Assembly: GCA_049967475.1 (NCBI GenBank)
Contig: JBMFSQ010000012.1
Coordinates: 1-64,000, forward strand
Source of the DNA: Chthonomonadales bacterium
GTDB taxonomy: Bacteria; Armatimonadota; Chthonomonadetes; Chthonomonadales; CAJBBX01
Length of the DNA stretch: 64,000 nt
Direction: 5' to 3'
The notes beneath the pieces were generated by a model. The model was given only the letters and a program-made list of their open reading frames with translations, ran no database searches and was not told where the DNA came from. The translations under genes and the position numbers were made by a program. This document shows, in pieces, positions 57,083-64,000 of the stretch; the stretch's first letter is position 1; every line of letters begins with the position of its first letter.

Positions 57083-57826
57083 ATGCCGCCGCAGTACGCG
57101 ATGGACCCAAGAGACCGGCTAATCTTGGCCCTGGACGTGAAGAGCCTGGACGCAGCCATGCGCCTGGTGGAGGCCACTTCGGCATACGTGGGTGCGTTTA
57201 AAGTGGGCATCGAGCTGGTGAACGTGGAGGGTCCGCGAGTGTTCAGCGCCCTTCGCGACTGTGGGGCTCAGCGCATCTTTTATGATGCCAAGTTTCATGA
57301 CATTCCCAATACCGTGTTTCGAGCGGTGGAGGCAGCGCTGAGACATCATCTTTGGATGCTCAATGTTCACGCATCGGGGGGATCGCGGATGGTAGCCGCA
57401 GCGGCCGAGGCGATCCGCGGACATGTGCGGGACGCCCTGACCGATGCGCGCCCGATCCTGCTGGGAGTTACGCTTCTCACCAGCCTGGACGATGCCGAAC
57501 TGCATGATGAATTGATGGTGCGTTTGGACCGCCTGAATTACGTGCGGCATCTAGCCCAGATGGTGCAACGGTCCGGAGGTCAGGGCGTGGTAGCATCCGC
57601 GTGGGAGATCGAGGCCGTGCGCGACGCCTGCGGGGAGGACTTCGTGATTGTGACGCCTGGAGTGCGTCCTGAAGGCTTCGACGCGGCAGATCAGCGCAGA
57701 ACGGCTACACCCGCAGAAGCTTTGAAGCGCGGAGCGGATTACCTTGTGGTGGGACGCCCCATAACCGCAGCCAAGAACCCGACAGAAGCCGCCCGGCGAT
57801 TGATCGCCCAAATCCCGGCCGAATGA
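57083..57826 (+). CDS. pyrF: Orotidine-5'-phosphate decarboxylase
   Basis: LILALD, FKVG, DAKFHDIPNT, VTPGVR, DQRRTATP, VVGRPI; start could be 57101. Confidence 0.96.
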   Translation: MPPQYAMDPRDRLILALDVKSLDAAMRLVEATSAYVGAFKVGIELVNVEGPRVFSALRDCGAQRIFYDAKFHDIPNTVFRAVEAALRHHLWMLNVHASGGSRMVAAAAEAIRGHVRDALTDARPILLGVTLLTSLDDAELHDELMVRLDRLNYVRHLAQMVQRSGGQGVVASAWEIEAVRDACGEDFVIVTPGVRPEGFDAADQRRTATPAEALKRGADYLVVGRPITAAKNPTEAARRLIAQIPAE

Positions 57827-57902
57827 GCGGGGCATACCATGCAGCGGTTTGCGTGCGAGCGGGGGACGGGTTCCAAACTACATTTAGAAAGAGGAGTAGG
57901 GC

Positions 57903-58706
57903 GTGAAAAAGTCCATAGTGACGGCCAATTACGTTACCCGTGTGTTCGGATACCAGCCCCCTAAACCGTTCGATTGGGGCAGATGCGAGGAAGCAACGAA
58001 GGATCAGTTCACCTCGTGGGGATGGGAGATGGAATGGGCCACCATCTGCCGGGAAGTAGCAGACCTCGGTGTGGAAGGCATCGAGGTGTGGGTTGCCCAC
58101 CTGCCCTACGACCGGGTGGATGAAAAGCACGTGAGGAAGTTCGCGCAGATTGTTCGGGATCATGGCCTCGTGGTGAGTGGTTACGCAGGATGGTTCGGAG
58201 GCCCCGGACACACGAAAGAAGACTATGAGCGGGCCTGTACCGCAGCGAACATCCTGGGCGCCCCCTATCTTCAAGGAGGCATCGCCTGGGATCGGCTGGA
58301 GGTGAGTTTGCCGGTACTGCAGGCCCATGGCGTCAAGGTGACCATCGAAAACCATCCCGGCATGGAGACCCCCGAGAAGATGCTGGCCCAGATCGCTGCG
58401 GCGCCGGACGTGCTGGGTGCGGGTCCCGACACGGGCTGGTTCGCCGTAGTAAATGAAGACGCAGCCGAGGCGGTGCGCAAGTTGGGCCGCCACGTGTGGC
58501 ATGTGCATTGGAAGGACATGAAAGCCCAAGGTGCCCATCAATCGTGTGCCATGGGGTATGGGGTAGTAGGACTGGATCGCGTTCTCGAGGTGCTTCTGGA
58601 ACTGGGATACTCTGGATATCTGTCGTTGGAGCATGAACCGGAGGAAGGAGATCCCATGCCGGCCGTTCGCCAAGGCCTTGCGTGGCTGCGGGAGCACGGA
58701 CAATGA
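57903..58706 (+). CDS. Sugar phosphate isomerase/epimerase family TIM barrel
   Basis: GIEVW, IENH, DTGW, HVHWKD, LSLEHE; AGAGGAG SD. Confidence 0.85.
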   Translation: MKKSIVTANYVTRVFGYQPPKPFDWGRCEEATKDQFTSWGWEMEWATICREVADLGVEGIEVWVAHLPYDRVDEKHVRKFAQIVRDHGLVVSGYAGWFGGPGHTKEDYERACTAANILGAPYLQGGIAWDRLEVSLPVLQAHGVKVTIENHPGMETPEKMLAQIAAAPDVLGAGPDTGWFAVVNEDAAEAVRKLGRHVWHVHWKDMKAQGAHQSCAMGYGVVGLDRVLEVLLELGYSGYLSLEHEPEEGDPMPAVRQGLAWLREHGQ

Positions 58707-59737
58707 CACAAGGAAGGGCAGCACCTAATTCGAAACATCGGGTAACGGTCATTCCGGGGGACGGTATCGGCCCGGAGGTGATGCGTGCCGCGATGCGCGT
58801 AGTAGAAGCCTCCGGCGTACCCGTGGAATGGGAAGAGGTTCAAGCGGGATCGGAAATGGTGGCCCGCTACGGCACTGCGGTACCCGATGGAGTGATCCAT
58901 GCCATCGTGAAGAACCGTGTCGCGTTGAAGGGCCCCATCACCACACCAATCGGCGTAGGGTTCTCGAGCGCAAATGTTACCTTGCGCAAGCGCCTGAACC
59001 TCTACGCTAACGTTCGCCCTGTACGCTCGCTCCCCGGGGTCAAAACCCGGTTCGAGAATGTAGACCTGGTAGTAATCCGCGAGAACAGCGAAGATCTCTA
59101 CTCCGGCTTGGAACACATCGTGGTGCCCGGGGTTGTGGAAAGCCTCAAGATCATCACGGAGGCGGCGTCTTTGCGCATCGGGCGCTATGCCTTCGAATAC
59201 GCCCGGGAAGCAGGGCGGCGGAAAGTAACGGCTGTTCACAAAGCGAACATCATGAAGTTGGCAGACGGCCTCTTCCTTGAGTGCATGCGGCAGGCGGCTC
59301 GGGAATATCCCGAAATAGAGTACGAGGAACTCATCGTAGACAATACGTGCATGCAGCTCGTGATGCGGCCGGAGCGTTTCGACGTGATGGTGATGGAGAA
59401 CCTCTACGGGGACATCATCTCGGACCTGTGTGCCGGCCTCGTAGGAGGCCTCGGCCTCACGCCAAGCGCCAACGTGGGCGACGGAGGCATCGTCATGTAT
59501 GAAGCCGTGCACGGCTCCGCTCCGGATATTGCCGGGCGCAATCTGGCGAACCCATTGGCGCTCATCCTGTCGGCAGTAATGATGCTGAGGCACCTGAACG
59601 AGGCAGATGCTGCCGGGCGGATAGAGAACGCCGTTCTGGAAGTCCTTTCCGAGGGCCGGCATCTCACCCGAGATCTGGGAGGCACCGCTACTACCACAGA
59701 GATCACAGAGGCCATCATCGGCAAGCTCACCGCATGA
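58703..59737 (+). CDS. icd: NAD-dependent isocitrate dehydrogenase (isocitrate/isopropylmalate dehydrogenase family)
   Basis: [62 protein letters not shown]; start overlaps the upstream stop (ATGA). Confidence 0.88.
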   Translation: MTQGRAAPNSKHRVTVIPGDGIGPEVMRAAMRVVEASGVPVEWEEVQAGSEMVARYGTAVPDGVIHAIVKNRVALKGPITTPIGVGFSSANVTLRKRLNLYANVRPVRSLPGVKTRFENVDLVVIRENSEDLYSGLEHIVVPGVVESLKIITEAASLRIGRYAFEYAREAGRRKVTAVHKANIMKLADGLFLECMRQAAREYPEIEYEELIVDNTCMQLVMRPERFDVMVMENLYGDIISDLCAGLVGGLGLTPSANVGDGGIVMYEAVHGSAPDIAGRNLANPLALILSAVMMLRHLNEADAAGRIENAVLEVLSEGRHLTRDLGGTATTTEITEAIIGKLTA

Positions 59738-59813
59738 GCTGAGCGCGTTTCCGCTGCGTGCAGAGTACAGCGCTCAACCCCATTCTCTGTAATGGATACC
59801 GGGTTCCGGCCGG

Positions 59814-59842
59814 TTGCAGGGCGCACGAGTTTGTGATATAAT
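59814..59842 (+). promoter_or_regulatory. Sigma70 promoter for nusA
   Basis: TTGCAG-N17-TATAAT with extended TG. Confidence 0.8.
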
Positions 59843-59870
59843 GAAACGTCGGTAGATCGTGCCCTTGCCG

Positions 59871-59900
59871 AAGAGTGGGTTTCGCCCGCTCTTTTCTCTT
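59871..59900 (+). promoter_or_regulatory. rimP/nusA-type leader hairpin (attenuator-like)
   Basis: AAGAGTGGG-TTTCG-CCCGCTCTT followed by TTCTCTT; resembles the GAGTGGG...CCCACTCTTTT motif I recall ahead of rimP-nusA operons. Confidence 0.7.
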
Positions 59901-59969
59901 ATCTTGGGGCCGCCTCGTTGGGCGGCTTTCTGCTTGTAGGTGGTCTTTGGTATTCGCGGGAGAAGCGGA

Positions 59970-61208
59970 ATGAGCAACGAGTTCTTGGACATCCTCCGTC
60001 AAGTGTCGCGGGAAAAAGAGATCCCGCTGGAAGAATTGCTCGAAACCGTGGAGTCTGCGCTCGCCTCCGCTTACAAGCGGGACTTTGCAAGCCAAGGTGA
60101 GATCAAGGTCCGCCTCCATGCCGACAAGGGCACCTTCCAGGTCTACTGCCAGAAGACAGTCGTCGAAGATCCGCAGGATCCGCTTTCCGAGATATCCGTG
60201 CAGGAAGCCCGCAAATACGATGCGGACGCGCTTCCCGGGCAGATCATCGAAATTGACATTACGCCGCGATCCTATGGCCGCATCGCCGCTCAAACTGCCC
60301 GGCAGGTACTCACACAGCGCATTCGCGAGGTGGAGAGGGAGCGCGTTTACCGTGAGTTTATCGAGCGTGTAGGCGAAGTAATGACCGGCATCGTTCAGCG
60401 CCGCGAAGGACGGCACGTCATCGTGGGGTTGGGCAAGGCCGAAGCAGTCCTCCCTCCCACCGAGCAGGTACCTTCCGAACCCTACAGGCCTAACGATCGG
60501 CTCAAAGTGTACATCGTGGAGGTGCGCAACACGTCCAAAGGGCCGCAGGTCCTTGTGTCTCGTACGCATCCTACCCTCATCCGCCGGCTCTTCGAGCTGG
60601 AGGTTCCCGAGATCACCGACGGTACGGTTACCATCAAATCGGTGGCGCGAGAGCCCGGGGCACGGTCCAAGATTGCCGTGTATTCACGAGATGAGCGGGT
60701 AGATCCTGTCGGCGCCTGCGTGGGCCACCGTGGAAGTCGTGTGCAGTCTGTGGTAAATGAACTCTATGATGAGAAGATTGACGTGGTTCGGTGGTCCGAG
60801 GATCCGGCGCAGTTCATTGCTGAGGCGCTGTCTCCAGCTAAAGTGCTCAAGGTGACCCTCAACGAGGAGAACAAGAGCGCCTTTGTGGTTGTGGCGGATA
60901 ATCAGCTTTCCCTTGCCATTGGCCGATCCGGCCAGAATGTGCGCCTTGCAGCGCGTCTAACGGGCTGGCGGATTGATATCCGCAGTGAGAGCCAGGTGGC
61001 CAAGTCCGTACAGGAAGAAGAGACCGGCGTTCCGGCCGCCGCAGCGGAACTTCCCGTATCGGAAGAGAAAGCTGCGGTTGTTGCCGGCGTGTCGGCGGCG
61101 GATGAGAACGTCCCCGACGACAGCCTGCCCGAGATCCAGGCGGACGATTTGGACACGTCGCGGCTCCAAGATCAGCCGGAAGAGATCCTTCCGGGTTCCG
61201 GAGCGTAG
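59970..61208 (+). CDS. nusA: Transcription termination/antitermination factor NusA
   Basis: YGRIAAQTARQV, SRTHP..IRRLFELEVPEI, REPGARSKIAV, GACVG, LAIGRSGQNVRLAARLTGW. Confidence 0.97.
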   Translation: MSNEFLDILRQVSREKEIPLEELLETVESALASAYKRDFASQGEIKVRLHADKGTFQVYCQKTVVEDPQDPLSEISVQEARKYDADALPGQIIEIDITPRSYGRIAAQTARQVLTQRIREVERERVYREFIERVGEVMTGIVQRREGRHVIVGLGKAEAVLPPTEQVPSEPYRPNDRLKVYIVEVRNTSKGPQVLVSRTHPTLIRRLFELEVPEITDGTVTIKSVAREPGARSKIAVYSRDERVDPVGACVGHRGSRVQSVVNELYDEKIDVVRWSEDPAQFIAEALSPAKVLKVTLNEENKSAFVVVADNQLSLAIGRSGQNVRLAARLTGWRIDIRSESQVAKSVQEEETGVPAAAAELPVSEEKAAVVAGVSAADENVPDDSLPEIQADDLDTSRLQDQPEEILPGSGA

Positions 61209-61239
61209 CGAAGTCCCAACTCCTTTGAAGTAAGAACCC

Positions 61240-61512
61240 ATGCGGCGCAGGCATATACCCATAAGGAGCTGCGTAGCCTGCCGCACCCCAGGCGACAAGC
61301 GTGGCCTGATTCGCGTGGTTCGCACACCCCAGGGTGAAGTGTTCGTGGATGTTACAGGCAAAGCCAATGGGCGTGGGGCCTATGTGTGTGCCTCAGAGGC
61401 GTGCATCCTCCTGGCTCGGAAGCGCCGAAGCCTCCAGCGAAGCCTTGGCGTGGAAATTCCCGACACGCTGTATGACGCGCTCCTAGAACATGTGCGGCAA
61501 GAGCCTGCCTGA
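61240..61512 (+). CDS. ylxR: YlxR (DUF448) RNA-binding protein
   Basis: PIRSCVAC...LIRVV...GKANGRGAYVC...C; directly follows nusA. Confidence 0.93.
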   Translation: MRRRHIPIRSCVACRTPGDKRGLIRVVRTPQGEVFVDVTGKANGRGAYVCASEACILLARKRRSLQRSLGVEIPDTLYDALLEHVRQEPA

Positions 61513-61526
61513 GGAGCAGAATTTCG

Positions 61527-61561
61527 CTGGCCTGGCGTAACACGCTGGGCCGGTTCCTTTT
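61527..61561 (+). terminator. Probable intrinsic terminator after ylxR
   Basis: GGCCTGGCGT-AAC-ACGCTGGGCC stem followed by GGTTCCTTTT. Confidence 0.5.
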
Positions 61562-61577
61562 GTGGAGGGCGGCAACG

Positions 61578-64000
61578 ATGGTGACAATCCTTTGGGCGGC
61601 AGTTCTTTTGGGCGCCACGGCAGGGCAAGGCCAATCGCCCCTTATAGAGTGGCGGTTTGATCGCCCGGCGGCATCTCATGCATGGCTGGCCAACCGCGAC
61701 GTAGCGGACGTTCGGTGGGATCGTAGCGGGCTCCGGTTCCGAGGGGCGGGACCCGATCCGATTTTGGAATGCGTGGAACCCTTCGAGATCAGCGCCACAC
61801 CGTGGCAGGCCATCGAGATCACTCTGGCCGCGGACCACGATGGCACGGCAGAGTTCTTCTGGAGCAACACCACGCAATCCAAATACGGGGGCTTCTTTCC
61901 GGAGAAGCACACCTCGTTCGCCGTGCGCGGCGATGGAACGCTCAGAACGTACCGCATCTTTCCATTCTGGCAAAAGGAGGGGCGCATCATCCGCCTGCGC
62001 TTCGATCCCTATGATGGCGCTTCGTTCCTGCTGCGCTCCATTCGGATCGTGCCTGTACCCACTATGCGGCCTTCCGGGCCATCCCAAGTAGTGCCTATCT
62101 TCGGCGTGTCCGCAAAAGGCAACCTACTGACGCTTGAACAGCCGGGCGGCTTCGCAATGAGACCCTCGGAAATAGACGGGGAAACCTACACCATCGTATC
62201 GCTCACGGCGGCTTCGCATGGTTCACGGGCGGCCGTCGTTTTTGCCGCTCAAACGGGTTACGGCCTCCATGAGGTCCCCGTGCACCTCGTCCCCGACGGC
62301 CGCTGGCATGTGTACAATGTGGATATGCTCGCCAGTCCGGACTGGCAGGGGCACATCGTGGCACTGGGCATCCGGCCGGGAGAAAATGCAGGAGATGCAT
62401 GCCGCGTCCGCTCCATAGGGGCGTATACCAAACCGATCGGCCCGCCTGATGTACGCACGACGTGGTTTGGAACGGAAGAAGCGCTACCCCGGGCCGGGCT
62501 ACCGGTGACCGTGTTGATGCGTGCCATCAACCAGGGTGGGGCAGCGGCGGGTCCGCTCCGGCCGCATCTCGTTCTGCCGTCCGGCGCCATCATTCTCGAC
62601 GGCCCGCGCAATGCACCGACGCTGCGTTTCGGCGAGGAAGCGCAATGGCGCTGGCGGGTGCGGTTCCGCCACCCCGGCCGATACACGCTCACGGCCCAAT
62701 TACCGTCAGGCAGCAGATCCTCATGCACCATTTCGGTGACGCAGCGGGTGCGCTTCCCTGGCAACGCTCTGCCCGATCCCCATCCCATTCATGGGAAATA
62801 CGAGGTGGGAGTGTATTACTTCCCGGGTTGGAAGACTGCCTCGCAGTGGGCGCCCATTCAACGCTATCCTGAGCGACGGCCCATTCTAGGCTGGTACCGC
62901 GAGGGCGATCCCAAAGTAGCAGACTGGCAGATCAGGTGGGCCGTGGAGCACGGCATCACCTTCTTTGCCTATGACTGGTATTGGTCCCAGGGATCGCGCC
63001 AGCTCGAACATGCCCTGGATGATGGCTTCCTGAAGTCCAAATATCGGCATCTGATGAAGTTCTGTTTGTTGTGGGCCAACCATAACGCCCCACACACATC
63101 CTCCATCGAGGATTGCCGGGCCGCTGCCCGGTATTGGATCCAACACTACTTCCGCCAGCCCGAGTACCTGCGCATCTCGGGCAGACCCGTAGTGATTATC
63201 TTTAGCCCCTATCGCTTTCGTGAAGACCTAGGCAGCGAGGGTGTCCGTAAAGCTCTGGATGCGATGCGTGCAGAGTGCGTAAGCGCAGGAATCAAGCCGG
63301 TCTACCTGATGGCATGTGTGGGAGGACCCGGCGACGGGGGTGAAGCCGCCAACGAAGGATACGACGCCGTTACCGCCTACAATTGGCCCGGATTGGCCAT
63401 GCCCCCGGGTACTCTTCGTGCCCCGTTCCGGACGCTCATCGAAGGATACGTCCGCAACTGGCAGAGCCTCGTCGAGCAAGTCCCGATACCCCTTATGGTG
63501 CCGATTTCCGGCGGATGGGACAGCCGCCCGTGGCACGGAGATGCGGACTTGGTACGTACGGGCCGCACGCCCGCACTCTTTAGGCGCCACTTGGCGGACG
63601 CGAAGACGTTCATGCAGAGCCATCCCGCAAAGACGCTCCCTCTGGCGATTGTGGAAGCATGGAATGAATTCGGAGAAGGTTCGTACATCGAACCGCATCA
63701 GGAGGCCGGCTTCGCATACCTGGATGCCATCCGCAGTGTGTTTGGAGGAACGAAAGGCCAAGCGCCTCACGTGGATGTAACGCCGGAAGACGTGAACCAA
63801 GAGATCCCGCAGGTCACGCCCGAGCCTCTGGGGCGGGATCGCTGGACCTTCGCAAAAGACCTGGAAGGTTGGGAATCCGGAATGGAGATCCAGGGCCCAG
63901 TACAGAGTGCCAACGGTCTGTCGGCCGTAACCGCCGGCGATGATCCGGCATTTTTCGGCCCTCCAATCCAGCTCAACGCGTCGGAGTACAGCCGGGTGCG
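61578..64000 (+). CDS. Secreted GH99-like (WbsX-type) glycoside hydrolase with flanking sugar-binding-like modules; truncated by the window end
   Basis: Absent from the ORF track, consistent with no in-window stop. GGAGG SD and ATG 61578 (MVTILWAAVLLGATAGQ); manual translation is open through 62.8 kb; in-frame YYFPGW, LGWYREG, FAYDWYW, LLWANH, GWDSRPW and AWNEFGEGSYIEP. Confidence 0.82.
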   Translation, partial: MVTILWAAVLLGATAGQGQSPLIEWRFDRPAASHAWLANRDVADVRWDRSGLRFRGAGPDPILECVEPFEISATPWQAIEITLAADHDGTAEFFWSNTTQSKYGGFFPEKHTSFAVRGDGTLRTYRIFPFWQKEGRIIRLRFDPYDGASFLLRSIRIVPVPTMRPSGPSQVVPIFGVSAKGNLLTLEQPGGFAMRPSEIDGETYTIVSLTAASHGSRAAVVFAAQTGYGLHEVPVHLVPDGRWHVYNVDMLASPDWQGHIVALGIRPGENAGDACRVRSIGAYTKPIGPPDVRTTWFGTEEALPRAGLPVTVLMRAINQGGAAAGPLRPHLVLPSGAIILDGPRNAPTLRFGEEAQWRWRVRFRHPGRYTLTAQLPSGSRSSCTISVTQRVRFPGNALPDPHPIHGKYEVGVYYFPGWKTASQWAPIQRYPERRPILGWYREGDPKVADWQIRWAVEHGITFFAYDWYWSQGSRQLEHALDDGFLKSKYRHLMKFCLLWANHNAPHTSSIEDCRAAARYWIQHYFRQPEYLRISGRPVVIIFSPYRFREDLGSEGVRKALDAMRAECVSAGIKPVYLMACVGGPGDGGEAANEGYDAVTAYNWPGLAMPPGTLRAPFRTLIEGYVRNWQSLVEQVPIPLMVPISGGWDSRPWHGDADLVRTGRTPALFRRHLADAKTFMQSHPAKTLPLAIVEAWNEFGEGSYIEPHQEAGFAYLDAIRSVFGGTKGQAPHVDVTPEDVNQEIPQVTPEPLGRDRWTFAKDLEGWESGMEIQGPVQSANGLSAVTAGDDPAFFGPPIQLNASEYSRV

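Noticed and set aside
1..64000. tRNA, rRNA, CRISPR arrays, IS/integrase/phage genes, known riboswitches and defence systems
   Set aside because: No T-loop/cloverleaf, spaced direct repeats, transposase/integrase motifs or riboswitch consensus seen by eye; a covariance-model scan could still find something I missed

Overview
A gene-dense, GC-rich bacterial chromosomal segment with about 45 protein-coding genes. I found no tRNA, rRNA, CRISPR array, transposase/integrase or phage genes. The gene mix suggests Armatimonadota (inference only): Terrabacteria-type MutS2, YlxR, DUF3866 and SpoIVB-like genes occur alongside an outer-membrane beta-barrel, H-X9-DG pseudopilins and many CBM4/9-bearing secreted glycosidases. 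Housekeeping genes include trxC-like, cdd, mutS2, mtlD-like, nudF, two cyclophilins, hisF, hisI, pdhABC, mfd, ftsB/divIC, pyk, iscA/erpA, pyrF, icd, nusA and ylxR. These are interleaved with carbohydrate-foraging genes. The best candidate for an undescribed system is a glycan-utilisation locus with no recognisable transporter (35.1-46.7 kb). It comprises a LacI repressor, an H-X9-DG prepilin-like protein, a small lipoprotein and three large secreted CBM-bearing glycosidases, with three copies of a palindromic operator (consensus TGCA-WW-CG-WW-TGCA). Other notable items are a circularly permuted SpoIVB(S55)-like protease fused to a beta-propeller that carries a helical motif resembling the pilin-partner lipoprotein, and a SprT-like protease with a catalytically dead internal duplicate. 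A rimP-type leader is retained ahead of nusA although rimP is absent, hisF and mfd have terminator-like leaders, and a GH99-like gene absent from the ORF track runs off the right end. All functional calls come from motif recognition by eye; no database searches were run.
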